Shown here piece by piece: positions 29,711-39,348 of a stretch of DNA of 64,000 bases. The notes beneath the pieces are model-generated. The model did not search any database, was not told the DNA's origin, and saw only the letters and a list, made by a program, of their open reading frames with translations. Position 1 is the stretch's first letter; each line of letters opens with the position of its first letter. The stretch lies in NCBI GenBank assembly GCA_963744995.1, contig CAVUWA010000010.1, forward strand, positions 128,001 to 192,000, given 5' to 3'. The stretch is from Candidatus Eiseniibacteriota bacterium. GTDB taxonomy: Bacteria > Eisenbacteria > RBG-16-71-46. The position numbers were made by a program, and so were the translations under genes.

Positions 29711-31483
29711 ATGGCCGCATTCTTCGTCGTCCGCGATCCCGCCCCCGAGCGCCGCCGCCGCGGCATGCAGGCTGCCGAAGCGGCCATGCGTTCCTTCGAC
29801 GTCGAGATCGCATCGGCCGAACGAGGCGACATCGGCCTCGTATGGGGCGCCTTTGCGGGGGCGCCGCTCGACCGCGCACCCGGCGCGTTCCTGCTGGGCG
29901 AGGCGATCCCCGGTCCCGGCCCCGAGCGCCTGTCCGCGGCTCAATACGCGGTGCGCGTCGCGGTCACCGGCACGCCGCCCGCGTGCGACGGCTACTACGC
30001 CGCCGTGACCTTCGGCGACGACGGCGCGCTCACCGTCGCGGCCGATCCGCTCGGCACGTTCCCGATCTACGTCGCGGAGGCCGGCACGGCGCTGCTCGTC
30101 GCCTCGAGCCCCGCACTGATCACCGGCTACCCGGGGTTCACCGCCGCGCCCGACCCGCTCGGGCTCGCCGCGCTGCTGATCGCGAACGGTCCCGTGCGCG
30201 GGCGCACGCCGTATCGCGGCATCCGTCGCCTCGCGCTCGGCCACGTCCTGGTCGCGGCGCGGAGCCAGGCGCCGCGCGAAGTGCGCACCTATTCCCTCAC
30301 GCCGCACCGCGAGAGCCACGACGTTCCGGCGGCCGAGTGCGCGCTGCGAGTCCATGAGTCCTTCGTCGCCGCCGCGCGGCGTCACGTGCCGGTCGGCGAG
30401 CCGCACACGATGCTGCTCTCGGGCGGACTCGACTCGCGCATCGTGCTCGGCGTGCTGGCGAGGCAGGGCGTACCGCTCAACGTGATCACGCGCGGGCGCA
30501 GGGACGATCTCGAATACCGCTGCGCACGTGCCGTCGCGCGGCGCCTGGGTCTCGAGCAGCGGCTCGTGCCGCACGGCCACGGTTCGTTCCGGGCGTTCGA
30601 GCACCGCATCCGGTGGGACGGCATGGCCTGCACCCCCGGTACCGGGGCCGACGCCGGCGAGAGGCTGCCCGGCGCGCACCGTTTCCTGGCCTCGGGCTAT
30701 CTCGCCGATCCGTTCTTCGGCGGGCTCACGATCACCAAGTCGTTCGACCGCGTGTCCCGCACCGCGAGCTTCGAGCACTACCTCGCGCGCACCAACAGCT
30801 GGGGGGTGCCGCTCGACCTGCTGCCGCGTCTGCTGCGCAGCGACGTGTTCGGCGACGCCGTGCCCGAGATCGAGGCGCAGCTGCGGGAAGACTACACGGG
30901 CGCCGGTGGGGATCACCTCGCACGGTCGTGGCTCCACACCATGGAGCTCCGCCAGCGCGTCGGCATCGGGCACGTCTTCTCGCACCTCGCCTTCGGCGGC
31001 TGGCCACGCAACCCGCAGCTCGACCGCGACGTGCTGCATACCGTCGCCGGCGTGCCGCTCGGGCTGCTCGCCGAGCGGAGGCTCGAATACGACATGCTGA
31101 AGCGCTGCCACCCGGATCTCGCGCGGCTGCCGCTCGACCGCAACGACTTCGATGTCACGCCGCCGCTGCCGGGCGCGATGGATCTCGTGCGCGCCGGTCT
31201 CGACCGCCGTATCCGGCGCTGGCGCGCGCGCCTGGGCGTGCCGCGCCCCGAGCGTCGCTATTACCACCGGACCTACGACTTCAACGGCCCGGCGTGGCGT
31301 ACGGCGCGCCGCGGCGCCGAGGCCGACCGCGAGCGCGCGTACGCCCTGTTCGAACGGCAGGCCTTCGACGCCCTGGTGCCGCGCGCGGCGGAGCGCTGGG
31401 CGCCGGCCCGGAGCATCGAAGCGGCGGCTGCAGTGAAGATGCTCACCTGCATCCCGGTCTGGCTGCGCGCCGCGTTCGGATGA
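29711..31483 (+). CDS. Asparagine synthase-related ATP pyrophosphatase / amidotransferase
   Basis: 'ADPLGTFPIY', 'TPYRGIRRL', PP-loop 'LLSGGLDSR'. Confidence 0.75.
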   Translation: MAAFFVVRDPAPERRRRGMQAAEAAMRSFDVEIASAERGDIGLVWGAFAGAPLDRAPGAFLLGEAIPGPGPERLSAAQYAVRVAVTGTPPACDGYYAAVTFGDDGALTVAADPLGTFPIYVAEAGTALLVASSPALITGYPGFTAAPDPLGLAALLIANGPVRGRTPYRGIRRLALGHVLVAARSQAPREVRTYSLTPHRESHDVPAAECALRVHESFVAAARRHVPVGEPHTMLLSGGLDSRIVLGVLARQGVPLNVITRGRRDDLEYRCARAVARRLGLEQRLVPHGHGSFRAFEHRIRWDGMACTPGTGADAGERLPGAHRFLASGYLADPFFGGLTITKSFDRVSRTASFEHYLARTNSWGVPLDLLPRLLRSDVFGDAVPEIEAQLREDYTGAGGDHLARSWLHTMELRQRVGIGHVFSHLAFGGWPRNPQLDRDVLHTVAGVPLGLLAERRLEYDMLKRCHPDLARLPLDRNDFDVTPPLPGAMDLVRAGLDRRIRRWRARLGVPRPERRYYHRTYDFNGPAWRTARRGAEADRERAYALFERQAFDALVPRAAERWAPARSIEAAAAVKMLTCIPVWLRAAFG

Positions 31484-31511
31484 GCGCGGGAGGCACCCCC
31501 GCCGGCCGCGC

Positions 31512-32099
31512 TCATTTCATCCAGAGGTCGAAGCCCAGCTTGATCCCGTAGTTGTTGGTGGCGGGAATCACCGTGGCTCCGTTGTCCTTGCCTTCCGCGA
31601 CATGGTCCAGACGGAACTCGGCCCGCAGCGTGCCGTGGCCGTGCCCGAGCTCGCCCTGCAGTCCGAAGCCGCCGCCCACGATCGGGCTCACCGCTGCGCC
31701 ATCACCGAGGAAGTTGTCGGCGTTCACGCTCACGAGACCCAGTCCGCCGGTCAGATACGGATGCACCCGGCCCGCGGCGGCAAAGTTGTACTGGTAGTTG
31801 CCGCTGAGCTGGAGTGACGAAAAGCTCCCCCCGTCGGTGGAAACATGCGAGAACCCGCTGTCCAGGTAGAACTGCTGACGCGGGTCCTCGCCCCGGAACC
31901 CGATCCTGAGGCCCGGCGACGCCACGATGTTGAACAGCCCCTGCGACGGCCAGCCGATCAGGGTGAATGATTCGATCCCGTTCTCGGTGGGATCCACGAC
32001 GACGAGTCCGAGATTGGCACCGAGGCTCCAGTTCATCGCATGGGCCGGCGCCGCAATGGTGAGCAGGGCGAGGCAGATCAGAATCGCACGGGACTTCAT
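31512..32099 (-). CDS. Outer-membrane beta-barrel protein (OmpA-like transmembrane domain)
   Basis: GGAGG RBS, signal peptide AHA, amphipathic strands, 'HPYLTGGLG', aromatic C-terminal strand. Confidence 0.78.
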   Translation of the reverse strand: MKSRAILICLALLTIAAPAHAMNWSLGANLGLVVVDPTENGIESFTLIGWPSQGLFNIVASPGLRIGFRGEDPRQQFYLDSGFSHVSTDGGSFSSLQLSGNYQYNFAAAGRVHPYLTGGLGLVSVNADNFLGDGAAVSPIVGGGFGLQGELGHGHGTLRAEFRLDHVAEGKDNGATVIPATNNYGIKLGFDLWMK

Positions 32100-32318
32100 G
32101 GCAACCTCCATGGATCGGACGTGGGAAGCGACCTGCGCGACGATAGGGTTCCGTGCGGAAAATGCAATGGTCCCTGGGATCCAGCCGGCGGCGGCGATGC
32201 GCTGGCCCGGGGAGGCGAAAACGGCGGGGCGGAGCGTTTCGCCGCTCCGTCCCCGCCGCGTTCCCGGCGCGTCGTGCCGCACTCCCGGCCCGGCGCTCGA
32301 CGCCGGCCGGCTCCTGCG

Positions 32319-32888
32319 TCAGGCCTTGCGCACGGTCTCGAGGTCGATCGTGAGGCGCACGTCGTCGCCGAGGATCACGCCGCCGTTGTCCAGCGCGGCG
32401 TTCCAGACCATGCCGAACTCCTTGCGATTCAGGACGACCTGAGTGGAGAAGCCGGCGCGCTCGTTGCCCCAGGGATCCTTGCCGACCCCCAGGTAGGCGA
32501 CGTCGAGCGTGATCGGCTTCATGATGCCGCGCAGCTCGAGCACGCCCTCGACGCTGTAGTGCTCGTCGTCCACCCTGGAGATTGCACGGCTGGTGAAGCG
32601 GACGACCGGGTAGCGCTCGACGTCGAAGAAGTCGGCGCTGCGCAGGTGGGCGTCGCGGTCGGCCTGGCGCGTGTCGATGCTGGCCGGGTCGACTTCCAGC
32701 GTCACGCTCGAGCGTTCCGGCTGCTCGCGGTCGAGCTGGATCTCGCCCGAGAAACGGGCGAAGCGGCCGCGCGCGCGGCTCATCAGGTGGCGGACCTGGA
32801 AGCCCACCTCCGAGTGGTCGGCGTCGATGACGAACGTCTCGGTGACAGGTGCGGCGGCTCTGACGGCGCTGCTCGAAGGGGTGCTCAT
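32319..32888 (-). CDS. yceI: YceI family polyisoprenoid-binding protein
   Basis: 'IDADHSEVGFQVRH', 'RDAHLRSADFFD', 'DPWG..RAGF'. Confidence 0.93.
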   Translation of the reverse strand: MSTPSSSAVRAAAPVTETFVIDADHSEVGFQVRHLMSRARGRFARFSGEIQLDREQPERSSVTLEVDPASIDTRQADRDAHLRSADFFDVERYPVVRFTSRAISRVDDEHYSVEGVLELRGIMKPITLDVAYLGVGKDPWGNERAGFSTQVVLNRKEFGMVWNAALDNGGVILGDDVRLTIDLETVRKA

Positions 32889-32948
32889 GGGATTTCTCCT
32901 CTGGCGTTGCGGGCCGACGGTGCGACCCATTGATAAACATGACAGTTA

Positions 32949-32960
32949 ATGACTAGTCAA
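32949..32960. promoter_or_regulatory. Putative MarR operator upstream of yceI (ATGACTAGTCAA, palindromic core TGACTAGTCA)
   Basis: Identical 12-mer also upstream of marR; overlaps a TTGACT -35 on the minus strand. Confidence 0.75.
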
Positions 32961-32989
32961 CTATTTGCCCCGGCATCGCCTGCCGGGGT

Positions 32990-33481
32990 TCACGTCGCTT
33001 CCTCCCGCAGGCGGTCCAGCAGGTCGACCAGCGCAGCGAGGTCGGTCTTCGAGAGCCGTCCGGTGCGCCTCCGCTCGGTCGCCAGCACCGGCGCGTCCGT
33101 CCTGGCGAGCGTCGCCAGGCCCTTCTCGGTGATGCGGCACAGCACGCGGCGCCGGTCCTCGCGACAGCGCTCGCGATGCACGTGCCCGGCCGCTTCCAGC
33201 CGGTCGAGCAACCGCGTGATGCCCGGTGTGCGCTCGATCATGCGTCCGGCGATCTCGAGTGTCGCCATCCGCTCCGGGTGCGCGCCGCGCAGGATGCGCA
33301 GCACGTTGTACTGCTGCACGGTCACCCCGCTGTCGGCGAGCGTGCGCTCGAGGTCCGCGCGGATGACGTCCGCGGTCCGCAGCAGGGCCACCGTGGCCTC
33401 CGAGGCCCGATCGGGGAACCCCTTGTTCTGCTTGATCTCGCGCCGGATGGCGCTGTCCCTGGCTGGCATGGTCATCAACAT
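32990..33481 (-). CDS. MarR family transcriptional regulator
   Basis: 'TVQQYNVLRILRGA', 'ITRLLDRLE..G.V.R....DRR....ITEKG'; exact Met start uncertain. Confidence 0.92.
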   Translation of the reverse strand: MLMTMPARDSAIRREIKQNKGFPDRASEATVALLRTADVIRADLERTLADSGVTVQQYNVLRILRGAHPERMATLEIAGRMIERTPGITRLLDRLEAAGHVHRERCREDRRRVLCRITEKGLATLARTDAPVLATERRRTGRLSKTDLAALVDLLDRLREEAT

Positions 33482-33494
33482 AACAGGTAATTAG

Positions 33495-33506
33495 ATGACT
33501 AGTCAA
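33495..33506. promoter_or_regulatory. Putative MarR autoregulatory operator and promoter (TTGACT-N18-TATGTT on the minus strand)
   Basis: Second ATGACTAGTCAA copy directly upstream of marR. Confidence 0.75.
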
Positions 33507-33648
33507 GCAAATCGGTTCAGGCCCATTCGGGCCGTAGACGCCGGCGCGCTGCGCGGCGCCGCGCCGGCGCCCCTATCCGGGCGCCATGCACCAGCGCCCA
33601 TCCGGCCGGCGCCTTTCCGCCGGGCCCCGGTCCTGCCGGACGCGGCGG

Positions 33649-34509
33649 CTATCCCAGCTCGAACGTCGTGATCCCGAAGATCTCGCGATCGGGCAGCGCG
33701 GGCGGCGCGCCGACGTACATCTTCGCGCAGCCGAAAACCTCATTCATGCCGTGCCGTGCGGCCAGCTCGAGCGCATCCGGGTTGTTCTCCGGCGCGTCCA
33801 GGAAGATCGGCGCCCCCGGCGTCCGCGAAGACAGTCCCGCGAAGAGGCGCTCGGCGACGTTCGCGTCCGCAGCGAACAGCGGGCCGATCTTGAAGCCCGT
33901 GCGGCACGGCCGCATGACCCCGTAGCCGCGGATCTCGCCATCCTCGACCGCGGCCAGCGCATGGCCGCCCGGGCGGTCGATCCAGCCGCGCAGGAAGCGG
34001 CTGCGCGGCGCCGGAAAGTGGCGCCGGTCGTACGCGTCGAGCCGCTCGAACGGCAGGCGGCGCGCGTCGAGGAGCCCGTCGGTGCGGCCCTCCTCCCGCC
34101 CGGTGCCCGCGAAGCGCAGGTCGCGGCAGATGAACCGGAACCCGCCGCGCGCATACCAGGCCTGCATGTCGAACACGCCGTCCATGCCGATCGGCGCGCC
34201 CTCGTCCAGGCGTGCCTGCAGGCGGCTCTTGCGCTCGTGCCAGAGGCGCGTGCCGAGCCCTTGCCCGCGCAGGTCGGCGCGCACGATGAAGAAGCCCATG
34301 AAGCCGTAGCGCCCTTCGTAGCTCACGATCGAGCCGCCGCCGATCAGCTCGCCCTCCCGTTCGGCGGCGATGAACCCGTCGGGATCCGTGTTCCAGAACA
34401 CCTCGGCGTCATCGAGCCCCGGGTTCCAGCCTTCGAGAGCCGCCCACTCGACCAGCGTGTCCAGCTCCCCGCGGGTCATCCGGCGGATGGTCATGGCGGC
34501 GGGATTCAC
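33649..34509 (-). CDS. GNAT family N-acetyltransferase (YitH-like, two-domain)
   Basis: 'EGWNPG', 'RGQGLG', 'KIGPLFA', 'FGITTFELG'; GTG overlapping upstream TGA (alternative ATG at 34494). Confidence 0.88.
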   Translation of the reverse strand: MNPAAMTIRRMTRGELDTLVEWAALEGWNPGLDDAEVFWNTDPDGFIAAEREGELIGGGSIVSYEGRYGFMGFFIVRADLRGQGLGTRLWHERKSRLQARLDEGAPIGMDGVFDMQAWYARGGFRFICRDLRFAGTGREEGRTDGLLDARRLPFERLDAYDRRHFPAPRSRFLRGWIDRPGGHALAAVEDGEIRGYGVMRPCRTGFKIGPLFAADANVAERLFAGLSSRTPGAPIFLDAPENNPDALELAARHGMNEVFGCAKMYVGAPPALPDREIFGITTFELG

Positions 34510-35399
34510 GCCGGCGCCCTGCGCCACTCGACGAGCGGTGCGGCCACCCAGGTCGGGGGCGACGACGCATACAGCCCGGTCGCGTCGGTGTAAGTCATGT
34601 CGACGATCCGTCCGCTCATCGCGCCGCGCAGGAAGCGGAACACCGGCCCGGCGTCGCGTGCGTCGCTCTTCGCCTCGACGCAGTGCCGCTCGTAACCCGG
34701 ATAATCGCCGCGTTCGAGGAGCGCGATGCCCGCCTCGATCACCTTGCGGGCGCGCGCGAGTCCGACCGCGTCGGGCTCGAACGCCTCTGCGGGCGGCGTG
34801 CCGTAGCCCAGGCCGTGATGGAACGGATCGGCGGTCGAGACGACCGCCGCGTTGCGGGCGAGCTTCGCCAGCTCGTCGATTCCCGGCAGCGCGCCGGGCT
34901 TCCCGCCCGCGAGCCACGGGTAGCGCTCGAACACTTCGGGGGTACGCGAGGCGGGCAGCCCGCGGCGTGCCACCTCGGCGCACCAGAAATGACGCCAGCT
35001 CATCAGCGCGTGGTCGCGCCGCCACTCCTCGCGCCCCTCGATGCCGCTGCCCTGGATGCCGTGAAAGGCCTCGGCACCTGGATCGCCGCCGGCCGCCACC
35101 CGGCGCCGCGCCATCTCCATCTCGTGCGTGAACGCGTGCAGCACGCTGATCACCACGACACGATCGGCGCCGCTGTCGAGGCACGCGCGCACCGCGGCGG
35201 CGACCTGGTACCCGCAGTCCAGGACGCTCACGTGCGGGAACACCAGCACGCCGCCCGCCGCCAGCGTCGGCGCGAAGTCCCACGCTTCCGCCCGCTCCAG
35301 GTGCGCGAGCGTGCCCGCCTCGCCGAGCGCCGCGTGCTCGCGCTCGTACAGGGCGTGAATGTCCCGCTGCAGTCGATCGCGATCGAGGTCGTCCTGCAT
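34506..35399 (-). CDS. Hypothetical protein, MEMO1/LigB-like metal-binding fold
   Basis: Spaced 'FPHV', 'SVLH', 'DHA', 'TADPFHHG' resemble the MEMO1 PHAG/GPSH/EHS/SSDxxHYG motifs. Confidence 0.5.
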   Translation of the reverse strand: MQDDLDRDRLQRDIHALYEREHAALGEAGTLAHLERAEAWDFAPTLAAGGVLVFPHVSVLDCGYQVAAAVRACLDSGADRVVVISVLHAFTHEMEMARRRVAAGGDPGAEAFHGIQGSGIEGREEWRRDHALMSWRHFWCAEVARRGLPASRTPEVFERYPWLAGGKPGALPGIDELAKLARNAAVVSTADPFHHGLGYGTPPAEAFEPDAVGLARARKVIEAGIALLERGDYPGYERHCVEAKSDARDAGPVFRFLRGAMSGRIVDMTYTDATGLYASSPPTWVAAPLVEWRRAPA

Positions 35400-35406
35400 G
35401 GCCCGG

Positions 35407-36604
35407 CTAGTACGCCAGATGCAGCTGCAGATACCCCTGGTTCTCCTCGTACGCGTCGAGCCCCGGGCCGGCGTCCTTCTGCTGAATGCGCCTGAGCGTG
35501 GCGCGGAACTCGGCGAACGGCACCGGCGTCCATTCGCCTTCCAGCGCGTAGCGATCGTAGGTGTTCCGGTCGCGCACGACCTGATCGCTGCTGCGGTCGA
35601 ACTCGTCGTGGTCGTAGCGGAAGCGGAAGTTGGTCGCCTTCCAGGGCGACACGTCGACCTCGGCGAAGTACGCGAGCAGGTTCACCTTCCTGCCGTCCTG
35701 GCGCGTGTCGGTACCGGCGCCGATCTCGCCGAGCAGCTCGAACGGGCCGTAGTGCGTCATGCCGTAGTACCCCCAGCGGGCGCGGCGCCCGTAGGTGTTG
35801 TCATCGGTGAGGTCTTCGTACACGCTGACTGGCGCCCTGGTAGGACGGGTTGTTGTAGCCGATCTTGAGCGCCTTGGCCTCGGCGTAGTCGCCGGTGAAC
35901 ACCGGGTCCTTGCCCACGCCGTTGGTGAACGCGGCGCGTCCGAACCAGGTGCCGTTCGAAGCCCCGATCTCGAAACCGGTGTCGGACTGGCGCGGGTCGT
36001 AGGGCAGGAAGCGCGGGCCGCCGATGAAGTCCAGGTACGCGTTGCGCGTCCCCACGGTGTGGTCGGCCATCCGCAACCCGTACGGATTGCGCAGGCGCCC
36101 GATCTTCAGATAGCTGCCGTAGGGCAGCCCGCGGATCATGCCGAACGCCTCCTTGGTCTGTGCGACCTGCGTGAAACCGCCGTCCATCGTGTAGACCATC
36201 ACCAGCATGTCGTGCGGCTGGATCGTCAGGTGCAGTGCGTTCTCCATGTTGAAGAACCCGAAGCGGTCGACGACGTCGGAAGGCGTGGTGCTGTTCGCCA
36301 GCATCATCAGCCGCTGGTTCACGCCGAAGTAGACCGGCACGTTGTCGGCGACGCGGTTGGAGAGGTTGAGCTCCCCCCACGGCGCATCGGCGTCGTCGGG
36401 CGCGAGCGAGTGGCGGTTCTTCTCGTAAGCGAAGCCGAACTCGTTGCGCGGGCCGCCGCCGTTGGGGTCGAAGTGACACGTGCCGCACATCAGTCCCTGG
36501 CGCGCCGCATAGAGCGGCAGCGTCTCGCCCCTGCGCGCGGCGAACAGGGAAGCGAGCGAACAGGCGAGCAGCAGGACGGGGATCGACGGCAGCAGCCGGC
36601 GCAT
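35407..36604 (-). pseudogene. Cyc2-like monoheme cytochrome-porin fusion interrupted by a +1 frameshift near 35830
   Basis: Signal peptide, LPLYAARQGLMCGTCH; removing one base gives ...YQGAVSVYEDL... joining the two ORFs into about 398 aa ending YLQLHLAY. Confidence 0.72.
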
Positions 36605-36902
36605 GACGCCTCCATGGGTGAAGCGGGACGAAGCGACATCGCTGCGGGCGGCCGCCGCGTGCGGCGCGCGGCGGGGTGGAGCGACGGCGTCTGTTTCAGT
36701 CGCCGTTCACCGGACCCAAACCACCGCCGCCCGGACCGGCCACGGTTAGCACCGCATGCATGTGCGGGTCAACGGAGAACTTGGTTCGTCATTCTGACGA
36801 GTTCAGCCGGGCTTAACAGAACCGGCGCCGGGGTCAGTGCAAATTCCGGGACGCCGGCGGAGCCGGCCAGGCCGCACCCGCCCCGGGGCGGGCAGGAACC
36901 TC

Positions 36903-39221
36903 TTACTCGGGGAAATTCATCTTCTCGAGGAACGCCTGCCAGCGCGGATCGTCGTGGAGCGGCTCCAGCAGATCGATGGACTTCATGTACGCGAGCCCCG
37001 AGTCCCGCTTTTCGTAGGCGTGCTCCAGCCACTGGAACGCCTCGTCCGGCTCGCCGCGCATGGCGCAGGCGATCGCGATCTGTACCGCGGCGGTGTCGGC
37101 GCCGGTCTCGACCAGCCGTTCCTTCGCTTTTCGCGACGCCTCCGGATTCCCGAGGGCATGCTGGATGATCGCCTCCGTGTAGAGACGGGCCCATTCGGCC
37201 GGCTCCTTCCGGACCTCGGCGAGCGCTTCGTCGAGCTTCCCGCGCTTGAAGTACGTGATCGAGATGAGGCTGTGCATGGACGTCGCGTTCGGCGAGATCT
37301 CCAGCGCCCTGCGAAACGCGTCTTCCGCCTCGGGCCACCGTTTCATCGCGAGGTAGATGCGTCCGATGGCGCCGTAGCCGCCGGCGCTCAGGGGGTCCTT
37401 TTCGATACCTTCGCGGCATCTGGCCAGGCCTTCTTCGTAGCGGCCCCGGAGGGTCAGGATCATCCCGTACGATCGCAGGAAATCGGGATGACCCGGGCTC
37501 GCCTCGAGTGCCTGGCGAAAGGACGCTTCCGCGCCTTTCCAGTCGAAGTCGTAGTAGAGCTGGACCCAGGCCAGCGAGTGCAGGGCCTCGGGCAGATCGG
37601 GACGCAGCGCCAGCGACCGGGACGCGGCCTCGCGGGCGCGCGCGATGGCCGCTTCCAGCGGCCAGCCGCCGGAGATCCCCATGAACGTCTCCGCCCACGA
37701 CAGGTTCGCCCAGGCCAGCGCGTGGCCCGGCTCGATGGCCAGCGCCTGGTGCAGCAGCTCGATCCCGCGAGCCACATCCTGCGCACCGAACCGGTTCACG
37801 AAATAGCGTCCCTGCAGAAACAGCCGGTGCGCCTCGGCATTGGTGCCGCGGCCCTCCGCGGCGGCGGCGACCTCGGCCTTCACCTCGCCGCTCGCCTTCG
37901 AATCGGCCGTCTCACCCATCAGCGTCGTGCGCAGCTCCTTCACCACCGACTGCGCGATGTCGTCCTGCACCGCGAAGATGTCGTCCAGCGTGCGGTCGAA
38001 CGTCTCGGACCACAGCTGGTAGCCGTCCGCCACCTTCACGAGCTGCACCGCGATACGTACGCGGTTGCCGGCCTTGCGCACGCTGCCCTCGAGCAGCGTC
38101 GCCACGTTGAGCTTGCGTCCGATCGTGGCGAGGTCGTCCGCGGTGTCCTTGAACTGCGACGACGAGGTGCGCGCCGCCACGCGCAGCCCGCGGATCTTCG
38201 CCAGCACGTTGAGCAGCTCGTCCGCGAGGCCCTCGGCGAAGTACTCGTCCTCTTCGTCGCGGCTGCGGTTCGCGAACGGCAGCACCGCAATGGACGGAAC
38301 GTCGCGCGCCGTGGGAATCGCGGCCGGAAGCCCGGCCGCCGCCGGGGCCGCGGCCGGCTGCAGCGAACGACGCACCAGGTCGAGCTCGTTGCGCACGTCC
38401 TTCGCGGTCTGGAAGCGTCGCTCGGGATCCTTTTCGAGGCAGCGGCCGATGATCCGTGCCACGTCGCGCGGCAGATCGGTTCGGACCTGTTCGAGCGGCG
38501 CCGGCGGATCACGCAGGATCGCCGAGCTCACCTCCGCGCTGGTCGCACCGCCGAACGGCCGGCGTCCGCTGACCAGCTCGAAGAGCATCACGCCGAACGA
38601 GAACAGGTCCGTACGTGCATCGACGGCTTCGCCGCGCAGTTGTTCCGGCGCCATGTACGGCACGGTGCCCACGGCCTGACCCACGGTCGAGATCGGCGCC
38701 GCCACCGTTTCCGCCTGCGTCGCCTCGAGACCGGAATCCTGGCTCGCAAGTTTCGCTAGGCCGAAATCCAGCACTTTGACCCGCCCCTGGCGCGTCACCA
38801 TGACGTTGCCCGGCTTGAGATCGCGGTGCACGACACCCTTCTCGTGCGCCGCGACCAGCGCGTCGGCCAGCGGCGTCGCCAGGTCGAGGACCCGTGGAAC
38901 CGGCAGGCCGCCGGGCGTCACCAGACGATCGAGCGTCTGTCCTTCCACCAGCTCCATGGAGAGGAAGCGGACGCCGGACGCCTCCTCGATCGCATAGAGC
39001 GTCACCACGTTGGGGTGATTGAGGGCTGCGATCGAGCGCGCCTCGCGCTCGAAACGCGCCAGCCGGTCGGCATGCGACGCCACGGAGTCGGGCAGCACCT
39101 TGATCGCGACATCACGCCCGAGCCGCGTGTCCCGCGCGCGGTAGACCTCGCCCATGCCGCCCGCGCCGAGCAGCGCGGTGATGTCGTAGGTGCCAAGGCG
39201 GGTGCCGGGGGTCAGAGGCAT
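36903..39221 (-). CDS. Ser/Thr protein kinase with TolB-like and TPR domains
   Basis: 'LGAGGMGEVY', 'HRDLKPGN', 'DFGLAK', 'YMAPEQ', 'SIAVLPF', TPRs. Confidence 0.94.
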   Translation of the reverse strand: MPLTPGTRLGTYDITALLGAGGMGEVYRARDTRLGRDVAIKVLPDSVASHADRLARFEREARSIAALNHPNVVTLYAIEEASGVRFLSMELVEGQTLDRLVTPGGLPVPRVLDLATPLADALVAAHEKGVVHRDLKPGNVMVTRQGRVKVLDFGLAKLASQDSGLEATQAETVAAPISTVGQAVGTVPYMAPEQLRGEAVDARTDLFSFGVMLFELVSGRRPFGGATSAEVSSAILRDPPAPLEQVRTDLPRDVARIIGRCLEKDPERRFQTAKDVRNELDLVRRSLQPAAAPAAAGLPAAIPTARDVPSIAVLPFANRSRDEEDEYFAEGLADELLNVLAKIRGLRVAARTSSSQFKDTADDLATIGRKLNVATLLEGSVRKAGNRVRIAVQLVKVADGYQLWSETFDRTLDDIFAVQDDIAQSVVKELRTTLMGETADSKASGEVKAEVAAAAEGRGTNAEAHRLFLQGRYFVNRFGAQDVARGIELLHQALAIEPGHALAWANLSWAETFMGISGGWPLEAAIARAREAASRSLALRPDLPEALHSLAWVQLYYDFDWKGAEASFRQALEASPGHPDFLRSYGMILTLRGRYEEGLARCREGIEKDPLSAGGYGAIGRIYLAMKRWPEAEDAFRRALEISPNATSMHSLISITYFKRGKLDEALAEVRKEPAEWARLYTEAIIQHALGNPEASRKAKERLVETGADTAAVQIAIACAMRGEPDEAFQWLEHAYEKRDSGLAYMKSIDLLEPLHDDPRWQAFLEKMNFPE

Positions 39222-39348
39222 TCGGGGAATCTACATGAGCGGGCGCGGGGTTGCAGAACGAGCCCGCGCAGAAATCCGTCCCGGGACGGATTCTCGGAGG
39301 CCTGAGCCGGCGACGCGCACAGGGCACACGCCCCCGGCGCCGGCCCGC

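Noticed and set aside
29711..31483. Lasso peptide cyclase cluster
   Set aside because: No precursor peptide, B1/RRE or B2 protease gene nearby
36605..36900. tRNA-Sec or riboswitch in the intergenic gap
   Set aside because: Only short imperfect hairpins; no cloverleaf, TTC-loop or recognisable aptamer consensus
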